Source: Thermodesulfobacteriota bacterium (GTDB lineage Bacteria > Desulfobacterota > BSN033 > UBA1163). From it: a stretch of 64,000 nt of DNA. Shown here in pieces: positions 53,925-63,280 of this stretch. Each line of letters starts with the position of its first letter. The stretch's first letter is position 1. Below the pieces are notes generated by a model that worked only from the letters and a program-made list of their open reading frames with translations, ran no database searches and was not told the DNA's origin. The stretch spans positions 26,382-90,381 of the forward strand of contig JBHGBJ010000005.1 in the NCBI GenBank assembly GCA_041947025.1, in the 5' to 3' direction. The position numbers and the translations under genes are program-made.

Positions 53925-54245
53925 ATGCAACTGACCGACTACCACGCCAAATACTTCGCTCACGAGCTAACCAAACGATGCCCCTCCGACAGTACTGAGA
54001 AACTGGCCGGTGCTTTGGTTGGACTTCTATGCCTTCACCTCTTCACCGTGGAATCCCTCGACCAGGGGGAAAACTACCGCATCTTTTCCGGCGTAACCGA
54101 TCAGGGCGTACCCTTACAGGAGGAGGTTATCCGACGGTTCTTTACCTTATCGGTCAGAGTGGGGAATCCTTTACTTGGATCTCCTGAAGATTCAATCCTT
54201 GAGTCAGAAGTCAATGCACACCGGGCCGCGAACGTAGTCAATTAG
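53925..54245 (+). pseudogene. Remnant of an SNF2-type helicase gene (N-terminal ~30 aa fused to a C-terminal tail)
   Basis: MQLTDYHAKYFAHELTKRCPSDSTEKLAGAL is the N-terminus I associate with a widespread defence-island SNF2 helicase family. The ATPase motifs are entirely missing and only ~75 further residues follow. Confidence 0.45.
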
Positions 54246-54368
54246 ATCAAAGATAGCTTGAGAACATTCAGCAAACCCAATTCGCTGTGATTGCAACATA
54301 TTGTTTAATAAAGTGATATGTTGTATAGAGCCGTATTAGATTAGATTAAATCCAATCGAGGAAATCAA

Positions 54369-54584
54369 ATGAATCTAATCCTGCGGCAGGGTGTCGTAGA
54401 AATTCGCTGGAGGCAGAATCTCCACCTTCTGGATAACAAGCCGGTCGGGATATCCGGTTATGTCACCAGGTTGACAGAATCCCTTCCAAAGAAGCTTAAG
54501 GGATTATTACCCAGTCCAGAAGAACTTGAAGCTGTATTGAGCGAAACAAAGGTGGAAAGTAGTGGGCATGAAGGTCGAAGCTAA
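54369..54584 (+). pseudogene. Remnant resembling the C-terminal end of a DUF1016/YhcG-type PDDEXK nuclease
   Basis: ...KPVGISGYVTRLTESLPKKLKGLLPSPEELEAVL matches the characteristic tail of that family. The nuclease core is absent. Confidence 0.4.
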
Positions 54585-54619
54585 GATACTTTCGATCCCC
54601 TAGTATATTGGAGAAATAA

Positions 54620-55909
54620 ATGGCAGAACCAACGATCATTTGTCCGAAATGTAAGACTGAGATTAAGTTGACGGAATCGCTTGCAGCGCCACTCGTCGAG
54701 TCAATCCGCCGTGACTATGAGGAACGTTTGCTTCAAAAGGACACCGACATCGCCAAGCGGGAGGCTTTGCTTAGGCAGCGGGAAGAAATTTTGTCCAGGG
54801 CAAGAGAGAACATTGAGAGCCAAATCACTGAAAAACTTCGAGAGGAACGCACAAAAATTGCCTCAGAGGAAGCGCGGAAAGCAAAACTTGCTCTGGCGAT
54901 CGACATTGAGCAGAAAGATAAGGAGATTACCAACCTTCAAGACATTGTTAAACTGCGGGACGTGAAGCTCATAGAGGCGCAGAAAGCACAGGCTGAAGTC
55001 ATTCGAAAACAGCGCGAGCTCGATGATACCAAACGTGAGATGGAACTCACCATTGAAAAACGGATTCAAGAGGGGATCTCTACAGTGCGAGAACAGGCTC
55101 AGAGGGAGGCCGAGGACCAACTGAAACTCAAGGTAATGGAAAAGGAACAAACTATTGCCTCAATGCAGAAGCAGATTGAGGATCTTAAACGTAGATCTGA
55201 GCAAGGATCACAGCAGCTTCAAGGTGAGGTTCAAGAACTGGAGCTTGAAGCCCTGCTCCGGACAAACTTTCCACGTGATACAATCGAGCCCGTCCCGAAA
55301 GGAGAGCATGGCGGCGACGTAATACAAAGGGTCATCGGGCCACTGGGTCAGACCTGTGGGACGATTTTGTGGGAGTCCAAACGTACAAAGAACTGGAGTG
55401 ATGGATGGCTCACTAAGCTCCGTGAAGACCAACGAACCGCGAAGGCGGAAGTCGCCGTGATCGTCAGCCGGGCACTCCCGAAGGAAGTCCAATCGTTTGA
55501 CCTAATAGATGGAGTGTGGGTAACCCATCCAAAAGCCGCGCTTCCCGTGGCTGTGAGCCTTCGCCATACTCTGATTGAGGTGACGTGCGCTCGTCAGGCA
55601 ATCCAAGGACAGGAAACAAAGATGGAGATAATATACCAGTATCTTACTGGACCGCGCTTCCGTCAACGCATCCAGGCCATCGTCGAAGCCTTCTCGTCTA
55701 TGCATGAGGATCTCGAAAAAGAGAAGAAAGTCATCACTAAACAGTGGGCGAAGCGTGAGGAGCAAATAGAACGGGTAATGCAGGCCACTGTCGGAATGTA
55801 CGGTGATTTACAAGGAATTGCAGGGAAGACACTGCAAGAAATTGAGGGCCTGGAATTCCTTGCCCTAGAGGATTCGACTTCCGGCGAGGAAGAAGCTGGC
55901 AGTAAGTAG
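54620..55909 (+). CDS. DUF2130-like protein: CxxC N-terminus, long coiled coil, C-terminal nuclease-like domain
   Basis: 429 aa. GGAG RBS. IICPKCKTEIKL, then an E/K/R/Q-rich helical region to about aa 205, then GEHGGDVIQRV...GTILWESKRTKNWSDGWLTKLREDQ (D...ExK pattern). Confidence 0.75.
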   Translation: MAEPTIICPKCKTEIKLTESLAAPLVESIRRDYEERLLQKDTDIAKREALLRQREEILSRARENIESQITEKLREERTKIASEEARKAKLALAIDIEQKDKEITNLQDIVKLRDVKLIEAQKAQAEVIRKQRELDDTKREMELTIEKRIQEGISTVREQAQREAEDQLKLKVMEKEQTIASMQKQIEDLKRRSEQGSQQLQGEVQELELEALLRTNFPRDTIEPVPKGEHGGDVIQRVIGPLGQTCGTILWESKRTKNWSDGWLTKLREDQRTAKAEVAVIVSRALPKEVQSFDLIDGVWVTHPKAALPVAVSLRHTLIEVTCARQAIQGQETKMEIIYQYLTGPRFRQRIQAIVEAFSSMHEDLEKEKKVITKQWAKREEQIERVMQATVGMYGDLQGIAGKTLQEIEGLEFLALEDSTSGEEEAGSK

Positions 55910-55946
55910 TTCTTAATGCCGATAGCCTGCTCTTAAGGAGGGTGAG

Positions 55947-57809
55947 ATGAGAATCGTCCAACTTAAGGTATCCAATTTCCGTTGTTTCAAAGATGAGACC
56001 GTTGTTAGCCTTGACAATCTCGTTCTATTCATCGGTAAGAACGATTCTGGGAAATCCTCCCTGCTTGATGCGATGGATATCTTTTTTAACGAAGTACCTG
56101 AACAAGATGATGTTTGTGTTCATGGAAGTGACAAGAAAGTCAGTATTACATGCGTGTTTGACGAGCTTCCTACAGAATTGGTAATTGATGAACAGCATCC
56201 AACGAATCTGTCAGCGGAATATCTTCTAAATCGGGATGGGAGGTTAGAAGTTGTTAAGGTATTCAACTGTTCTGGCTCGGGAAAGGTAAGGGCGGCAAGT
56301 GTGTTTGCACGAGCAAAACACCCAACCGCTGACAAGTTCAATGACCTGCTAACTCTCACTAATGCAAAATTAAAACAAAGGGCAAAAGAGTTAGGTGTTG
56401 ATGTTACCAACGTGAATCAAACAATCAACACTGAACTTAGGCGCGCTATCTGGGCACAGGCTCCTGATCTTCAGTGCAAAGAAATTGACATCGAACTAAA
56501 ATCCGAAACGGCTGAGAAGATTTGGGAGCAATTGAAGAAGCATCTTCCTGTCTTCGCCCTTTTTAAATCCGACCGACCTAGCACGGATCAAGACGCGGAA
56601 GCTCAAGATCCGATGAAATCGGCTATTAAGGAAGCAATTAAAGGGCAAGAGATATTGCTCAATGATCTTGCAGAAAAGGTGAAAAAGGAGGTTCAAGAGA
56701 TTGCAAATCGTACCGTGGAAAAAATCCGAGAAATGGCTCCTGATTTGGCGAATCAACTAACTCCTCGGGTGACAAATAAGAATTGGGAAAGTCTTTTCTC
56801 GGTGAGCCTTACAGGAGATGAAGACATTCCAATCAATAAGCGTGGTAGTGGCACGAGACGCTTGGTACTTCTTAACTTTTTCCGAGCAAAGGCAGAGAGG
56901 GATGCCGAAGGAAAAGGGGCAGGTATCATCTATGCGATAGAAGAGCCCGAAACTAGTCAGCATCCAAATAACCAGAAAATGATCATCGAAGCTTTTGATG
57001 ACCTGGCAAGCCGGACCGGTTGCCAAGTATTCTTAACAACCCATACCCCAACGTTAGCACGGAAATTTTCTCAAACAGCACTTCGATATGTCACATGGAA
57101 AGACGGACAACCCATCGTCTATGAAGGACGCAATGATGAAACCCTTGCCGAAATTGCTAACTCGCTGGGCGTTCTCCCGGACCATAACATTAGGACGTTT
57201 TTTGGCGTAGAAGGAAGAAATGATATCACATTTCTTACAACTGTGTCCAAAATACTCCACGATATGGGGGAAGATGTACCCAACCTTGGAGAAGTAGAAG
57301 ACAACGGCCACTTGGTCTTTGTTCCGCTGGGTGGAAGTAGCCTAGACTTGTGGGTATCAAGGCTCCGGGGATTCAATAGGCCGGAATTCTATCTTATGGA
57401 TAGGGATACGTGTCCACCAGAAAAGCCCAGATACTACAACATTGCTGAAGAATTGGGTAAGCGTACGAACTGCACTGTCTGGACAACCGGCCGAAAAGAG
57501 CTGGAGAACTACATCCATCCCGATCTTATTAAGGCCAGCTACCCCGGATATTCTGGTGTTGGTAATGAATTTGAAGATGTGCCCATGCTTTTAGCCCAAG
57601 CGGTCCACGAGGCCAGTGGTAGCGGTCAAACCTGGGCGGATATCCTTTCTGATCCTGAGAAGTTAAGCAAGAAAATTTCGAACGCCAAACGCCGCTTATG
57701 TACGGAATTCGTATCCAAGATGACATCGGATTTGCTTGCCAAAATTGATCTCAATAAAGAGGTTATAGCTTGGTTAAAGGCAATCGGTGTGGCATTGCAA
57801 GCTGCATAA
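55947..57809 (+). CDS. OLD-family nuclease: ABC-type ATPase fused to TOPRIM domain
   Basis: 620 aa. AAGGAGG RBS. Walker A GKNDSGKSS, Walker B IYAIEEPETSQHP, H-loop FLTTHTP. C-terminal FGVEGRNDITF ... FVPLGGSS ... YLMDRDT (TOPRIM Glu and DxD). Confidence 0.8.
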   Translation: MRIVQLKVSNFRCFKDETVVSLDNLVLFIGKNDSGKSSLLDAMDIFFNEVPEQDDVCVHGSDKKVSITCVFDELPTELVIDEQHPTNLSAEYLLNRDGRLEVVKVFNCSGSGKVRAASVFARAKHPTADKFNDLLTLTNAKLKQRAKELGVDVTNVNQTINTELRRAIWAQAPDLQCKEIDIELKSETAEKIWEQLKKHLPVFALFKSDRPSTDQDAEAQDPMKSAIKEAIKGQEILLNDLAEKVKKEVQEIANRTVEKIREMAPDLANQLTPRVTNKNWESLFSVSLTGDEDIPINKRGSGTRRLVLLNFFRAKAERDAEGKGAGIIYAIEEPETSQHPNNQKMIIEAFDDLASRTGCQVFLTTHTPTLARKFSQTALRYVTWKDGQPIVYEGRNDETLAEIANSLGVLPDHNIRTFFGVEGRNDITFLTTVSKILHDMGEDVPNLGEVEDNGHLVFVPLGGSSLDLWVSRLRGFNRPEFYLMDRDTCPPEKPRYYNIAEELGKRTNCTVWTTGRKELENYIHPDLIKASYPGYSGVGNEFEDVPMLLAQAVHEASGSGQTWADILSDPEKLSKKISNAKRRLCTEFVSKMTSDLLAKIDLNKEVIAWLKAIGVALQAA

Positions 57810-57826
57810 AGTGGGAAAGAAGCTAA

Positions 57827-59539
57827 ATGACTAAGAAAACCAAACTTGAACTGACATGGATTGGGAAGGAGAACCGGCCACGGCTGGAGCCGCGCATCCT
57901 TCTTGAAGATCCGGAAAAATCTTATCACGCTCCACACCGATTGACAGACCATGACTTTTTCGACAACCGCCTTATCTTCGGAGATAATCTCCTCGCGCTT
58001 AAAGCGCTGGAACAGGAATTTACGGGAAAGATCAAGTGTATTTATATCGATCCTCCGTATAATACCGGTTCGGCGTTCGAACATTACGAGGATGGCATCG
58101 AACATTCCATGTGGTTGTGCCTCATGCGTGATCGAATGGAGATGCTTCGTCGATTACTGACGAGTGATGGTAGTGTGTGGATATCCATCGACGACAATGA
58201 GTGTCATTACTTCAAGGTCATGATGGACGAGATATTTGGGCGGCAGAACTTTGTCGCAACTATCATTTGGCAAAAGGTGTTCACTGTAAAAAACTCCGCC
58301 CGCCACTTTTCCGATATGCATGACTATATTTTGGTCTACGCAAGAGACATTTCGCGATGGGAGCGCAACCTCCTGCCGAGGACTGAAGCATTAGATAGCA
58401 CTTACTCGAACCCCGACATTGATCCACGTGGAGCATGGACGACCAATGCAGTCCAGGCAAGGAATTATTACAGCCAAGGCTCTTACGAAATAAGATCACC
58501 GAGTGGCCGTGTATTCCTCCCCCCCAAAGGGACATACTGGAGAATTTCGGAAGAGACCTTTAAAGAACTCGATTCCGATGGCCGTGTTTGGTGGGGTAGG
58601 AGCGGCAACAGCATTCCGCGAATCAAGAAGTTTCTTTCAGAAGCAAAACAAGGCGTGGTGCCAGCTACGTTTTGGGCACATGAGGAGTGCGGGACTAACG
58701 CCGAGGCGAAGACCGAGATGCGATCTTTGATTGCCGACGTTGAAGAGACTGAGATGTTCTTGACGCCAAAGCCTGAACGATTGCTGAAACGCGTCTTGGA
58801 TCTGGCAAGCAACCCTGGTGATTGGGTGCTTGACTCTTTCGCAGGTTCCGGTACGGCTGGTGCAGTAGCCCACAAGATGGGGCGGCGATGGATCATGGTG
58901 GAGTTGGGGGAACACTGTCACACGCACATTATCCCACGTATGAAGAAGGTTATTGATGGTACGGACAAGGGCGGGATCACAGAATCCGTCGGCTGGAAGG
59001 GGGGTGGCGGATTTCGGTACTACCGGCTGGGTCCTTCGTTGCTTGAGAAAGACCGGTTTGGCAATTGGATCATCAACAAAAAGTATAATGCCGCTATGCT
59101 TGCAGAGGCTATCTGCAAGCTGGAGGGGTTTACGTACGCGCCAAGTGAGGAGGTTTATTGGCAGCATGGCCATTCCACTGAGAATGATTTCATCTACGTC
59201 ACCACGCAGACGCTGACCCGTGAACAGTTTCAGAGACTTTCGGACGAGGTTGGCGAGGGCCGGAGCTTACTTGTCATGTGTGGCGCGTTTCGTGTGAAAA
59301 ACCTTGATGACTTCCCTAATCTTACCGTCAAGAAGATTCCCAAGGCTGTGATGAGCCGTTGCGAGTGGGGAAAGGACGACTACAGCCTCGAAATTAGAAA
59401 CCTTCAGATGAAGGAGATGGAACCGGCTGAGGAAAAAGATGAACTAGCGCCGAATGCCAGTGATAAAAGCGCACCCAGCCCAAAACAGGCCACTCTTTTT
59501 GACCTGACCGGACGGAAAGGCGGGAAGAAAAATGACTGA
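57827..59539 (+). CDS. mod: Type III R-M DNA methyltransferase (Mod), beta-class N6A/N4C MTase
   Basis: Motif IV IYIDPPYNTGSAF precedes motif I LDSFAGSGTAGAVA. 570 aa. Followed in the operon by a Res helicase-nuclease. Confidence 0.85.
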   Translation: MTKKTKLELTWIGKENRPRLEPRILLEDPEKSYHAPHRLTDHDFFDNRLIFGDNLLALKALEQEFTGKIKCIYIDPPYNTGSAFEHYEDGIEHSMWLCLMRDRMEMLRRLLTSDGSVWISIDDNECHYFKVMMDEIFGRQNFVATIIWQKVFTVKNSARHFSDMHDYILVYARDISRWERNLLPRTEALDSTYSNPDIDPRGAWTTNAVQARNYYSQGSYEIRSPSGRVFLPPKGTYWRISEETFKELDSDGRVWWGRSGNSIPRIKKFLSEAKQGVVPATFWAHEECGTNAEAKTEMRSLIADVEETEMFLTPKPERLLKRVLDLASNPGDWVLDSFAGSGTAGAVAHKMGRRWIMVELGEHCHTHIIPRMKKVIDGTDKGGITESVGWKGGGGFRYYRLGPSLLEKDRFGNWIINKKYNAAMLAEAICKLEGFTYAPSEEVYWQHGHSTENDFIYVTTQTLTREQFQRLSDEVGEGRSLLVMCGAFRVKNLDDFPNLTVKKIPKAVMSRCEWGKDDYSLEIRNLQMKEMEPAEEKDELAPNASDKSAPSPKQATLFDLTGRKGGKKND

Positions 59540-60575
59540 TCATCTTCCGGAAAAAAGGGGACCTTCATCAGAGATTCTATTCTATCAAACCGAAGACGGC
59601 CGGAATCGAATCGAAGTGCATCTGGAGAATGAAACGGTTTGGTTAACTCAAGCCTCAATGGCGGAACTCTTTCAAACTACTCCGCAAAACATCACACTTC
59701 ACCTCAAGAACATCTACGGAGAAGGCGAACTCCATGAGGCAGCAACCTGTAAGGATTACTTACAAGTTCAAAATGAGGGTTCTCGTCAAGTCCGGAGAAG
59801 CAGACGGTTTTATAACCTTGAAGCCATCATCGCTGTGGGCTACCGTGTGAAGTCTCATCGCGGCACGCAGTTCCGAAGATGGGCAACCGAGCGGTTGCGT
59901 GAGTATCTGGTCAAGGGCTTCGCGATGGATGATGAGCGGCTCAAGGAAGGTAGGAACATCGGGGCGGATTATTTTGATGAACTGCTTGAGCGCATTCGTG
60001 ACATCCGTGCATCCGAGAAACGTTTCTACCAGAAAATCAGGGATATCTACAAATTGGCCATTGACTACGACCCGGAGGCGGAGGAAACAAAAGAGTTTTT
60101 CCAGATCGTGCAGAACAAACTCCACTGGGCAATTACCGGCAAGACGGCAGCGGAGTTGATTGCGGAAAGGGCGGATTCTTCCAAACCGAACATGGGGCTA
60201 ACGAGTTGGAAGGGCATTAAAGTTCGCAGAACCGATGTCGTTGTTGCAAAGAATTACCTGAATATCGAGGAGATTGGTGAACTTAACAGGATCGTCGTCA
60301 TGTATCTTGATTATGCCGAGGATCAGGCTCACCGTCGAAAACCCCTTTACATGCGTGATTGGCGAGAAAAAATTGATGCATTTTTGAAATTTAACGAGCG
60401 TGCCATCCTGGGGGATGCAGGAAAAGTGTCCATGGAAGTTGCCAAGGCCCTGGCTACAGAGGAATATGACAAATTTAACCAGCGCCGCCTGGCCGAAGAA
60501 GCGGGCAAGGAAGAAGAGGAATTTGAGAAGATCGCGGAGCAGATTGAACGAAAAGGCCGGAGGAGGAAGAAATGA
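59532..60575 (+). CDS. rhuM: RhuM-family protein inserted between mod and res
   Basis: ILFYQTEDGRNRIEVHLENETVWLTQASMAELFQTTPQNITLHLKNIY...AVGYRVKSHRGTQFRRWATERLREYLVKGF is the RhuM signature. It overlaps mod by 8 nt and res by 4 nt. Confidence 0.8.
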   Translation: MTDHLPEKRGPSSEILFYQTEDGRNRIEVHLENETVWLTQASMAELFQTTPQNITLHLKNIYGEGELHEAATCKDYLQVQNEGSRQVRRSRRFYNLEAIIAVGYRVKSHRGTQFRRWATERLREYLVKGFAMDDERLKEGRNIGADYFDELLERIRDIRASEKRFYQKIRDIYKLAIDYDPEAEETKEFFQIVQNKLHWAITGKTAAELIAERADSSKPNMGLTSWKGIKVRRTDVVVAKNYLNIEEIGELNRIVVMYLDYAEDQAHRRKPLYMRDWREKIDAFLKFNERAILGDAGKVSMEVAKALATEEYDKFNQRRLAEEAGKEEEEFEKIAEQIERKGRRRKK

Positions 60576-63280
60576 ACGACTCCTACGTCAATACGATCGC
60601 CAATCGCCTGAGCCTGCGTCGACCTCAACGCATATCGCTTGAGATCCTCCATAGGATTTGTGATCTCATCCCTCTTGAGAAAAACGCGGACATCGTGCAG
60701 GCACTCCGGGTAATTCAGTCGGAATTTCCTTCGGTCTCTGATTTTGAGCGCGATTTTCCATCCCTTTGCTTTGCACTCGCAACCGGAGTTGGCAAAACCC
60801 GCCTCATGGGAGCCTTCATTTCATACCTCTTCAAGACCAGGGATATCCGGCATTTCTTTGTGCTTGCACCTAACCTCACCATTTACAACAAGCTGACCAC
60901 GGATTTTACCCCCAATACGCCTAAGTATGTCTTTCAGGGCATCGCGGAGTTCGCCGTTACACCGCCAGAGATCATCACCGGCGACAACTACGAAACCGGC
61001 CGCGGTATCCGACAAAAAGGTTACCTGCCGGGGATAGAATGGGAAACCCCGATCCATATCAACATCTTTAACATCTCCAAGATCACGAGCACGGAAACAC
61101 CGAAAGGAGCCGTCAAAAGTAATATCCCGCGATTCCGGCGCCTCCAAGAATACATTGGCCAGAGCTATTTTGAATACCTTTCGAATCTGGACGATTTGGT
61201 GCTCCTGATGGACGAATCGCACCGGTACAGGGCGTCAGCGGGTATGAAAGCGATCAGCGAGCTTACACCGATCCTGGGACTTGAGCTTACGGCAACGCCC
61301 CAGGTGGAAAAAGGTGGCACCCAGGAACCGTTCAGGAACGTCATCTATAGCTATCCTCTTTCAAATGCAATGGCAGACGGATTTGTTAAAGAGCCCGCCG
61401 TGGCGACCCGTGAGAATTTCGATATCCGTAACTACGATGATGCTGGATTGGAGCGGTTAAAATTAGAGGATGGGGTACGCATCCATGAAAACACCAAAGT
61501 GGAGCTGGAAATTTACGCCCGGGAGAATAGTAGGCCCATTGTGAAGCCGTTCCTGCTGGTCATTGCGCGCGATACGGACCACGCTAATTCCCTTCTGAAG
61601 ATAATCGAAGATGAAACATTCTTTGAGGGCCGTTACAAGGGAAAGGTTATCCAGGTCCATTCTAAGCAGAGCGGGGAGGAGAGGGATGAAACCATCGAGC
61701 AGCTGATCAACGTGGAGAAACCCCAAAATCCGACTGAAATCGTCATTCACGTAAACATGCTGAAAGAAGGGTGGGATGTTACGAACCTCTATACCATCGT
61801 TCCGCTCCGGGCTGCAAACTCGAAAACGCTTGTGGAGCAGTCGATTGGCCGGGGGCTACGCCTTCCTTATGGAAAGAGGACGGAAGTGGGTGCGGTAGAC
61901 CGTCTGACCATCGTCTCCCACGATAAGTTCCAGGAGATCGTGGATTATGCCAACAGCCCGGATTCCATCATCCGGGGAGGCTTGAAGGTTATCCACATCA
62001 CCGACGAGCGAAACAAGGTCTATGTAGCCGAACCGGAGATCATAAGCCGAGTTTCGGAGGGCTTATCCACCTACGCCGGGTCAGAAAGCACGGGAAAACA
62101 GACAGCGCTCTTTGAGAACCCGAAAGAGCAGGAGGCAGCAAAGGCTACACTTGAAGTTATCCGGAGAGAATTCGAGCGTTTGCCGCGTTCCTCTGATCTG
62201 ACTAAACCTGAAATTCAGGAAAAGATTGTCGACAAGGTGAAGGAGATCATAACTCCTGCCCAGAAGGAGCTGGAAGGCATCGCTGAAAAGGTGGACGTGG
62301 CCAGGGTGGTCGCCTCTACGATTACCCTTCGCAATGAGCTATCCATTGATATCCCACGCATCATCGTCCAGCCGGTCGGCGAGGTAACTCGGGGGTACCG
62401 GGAATTCGGTCTCGATTTGTCCTCCATTCATCTCTTGCCGGTAGATAACGAAATTCTTATCCAGGAACTGCACCGGCGAGAGCAACACCGGCTGATGAGC
62501 GGCACCGGCATCCTACCGGAAGAACGGTTTGAAGACTACCTTGTCCGGGGTCTCATCGATTTTAATGACATTTGCTACGACGATCATGCGGAATTACTTT
62601 ATAAACTGGCCGGACAGGTTGTGGCGCACCTCCGATCCTACCTCAACAGCGAAGAAGAGGTGGTCAATGTCCTGCAATACCACCAGCAGGCCTTAGTGAA
62701 CCTGGTCCATGCGCAGATGCAAGAGCATTACGAAGAAAAAGCAACCTCCTTTGAGGCACACGTGAGCAAAGGATTCACAACGCTCCGGCCTAACAACTAT
62801 TCCGCTCCTGCCGGTGAATCCGAACGTGACTTCCGGGCACCGGTATCTGATAAACATGATATCTGCAAGATGCTTTTTAGCGGCTTCAGAAAGTGTCTGT
62901 ATCGAATTCAAAAATTCGACTCCGATTCGGAGCGCCGATTTGCCGTGATCCTTGAGAACGACAAGGAAGTGATGAAGTGGTTCAAGCCAGCCAAAGGGAA
63001 CCTCCAGATTCACTACACCGGCGATGCGTCCTACGAACCGGACTTCGTAGTGGAGGCAAAATCGACCAAATTTCTTTGTGAGGCAAAGAGCGCTGCCGAA
63101 ATGACAGACAAAGAAGTGCAGGCCAAGGCCAGGGCTGCCCTGGAATGGTGCAAGAACGCAACCGCTCATGAACTGAAACACGGCGGAAAGTCCTGGTCAT
63201 ACTTGCTCGTTCCACATGACATCATCTCAGACAACAAGACATTGCAGGGATTGGCCGCAAGCTGTACGTATAGCGAATAG
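60572..63280 (+). CDS. res: Type III restriction enzyme Res subunit (SF2 helicase + PD-(D/E)xK nuclease)
   Basis: 902 aa. Motif I LATGVGKTRL, motif II LLMDESHRY, motif VI QSIGRGLRL. C-terminal YEPDFVVEAKSTKFLCEAKS nuclease motif. Confidence 0.85.
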   Translation: MNDSYVNTIANRLSLRRPQRISLEILHRICDLIPLEKNADIVQALRVIQSEFPSVSDFERDFPSLCFALATGVGKTRLMGAFISYLFKTRDIRHFFVLAPNLTIYNKLTTDFTPNTPKYVFQGIAEFAVTPPEIITGDNYETGRGIRQKGYLPGIEWETPIHINIFNISKITSTETPKGAVKSNIPRFRRLQEYIGQSYFEYLSNLDDLVLLMDESHRYRASAGMKAISELTPILGLELTATPQVEKGGTQEPFRNVIYSYPLSNAMADGFVKEPAVATRENFDIRNYDDAGLERLKLEDGVRIHENTKVELEIYARENSRPIVKPFLLVIARDTDHANSLLKIIEDETFFEGRYKGKVIQVHSKQSGEERDETIEQLINVEKPQNPTEIVIHVNMLKEGWDVTNLYTIVPLRAANSKTLVEQSIGRGLRLPYGKRTEVGAVDRLTIVSHDKFQEIVDYANSPDSIIRGGLKVIHITDERNKVYVAEPEIISRVSEGLSTYAGSESTGKQTALFENPKEQEAAKATLEVIRREFERLPRSSDLTKPEIQEKIVDKVKEIITPAQKELEGIAEKVDVARVVASTITLRNELSIDIPRIIVQPVGEVTRGYREFGLDLSSIHLLPVDNEILIQELHRREQHRLMSGTGILPEERFEDYLVRGLIDFNDICYDDHAELLYKLAGQVVAHLRSYLNSEEEVVNVLQYHQQALVNLVHAQMQEHYEEKATSFEAHVSKGFTTLRPNNYSAPAGESERDFRAPVSDKHDICKMLFSGFRKCLYRIQKFDSDSERRFAVILENDKEVMKWFKPAKGNLQIHYTGDASYEPDFVVEAKSTKFLCEAKSAAEMTDKEVQAKARAALEWCKNATAHELKHGGKSWSYLLVPHDIISDNKTLQGLAASCTYSE

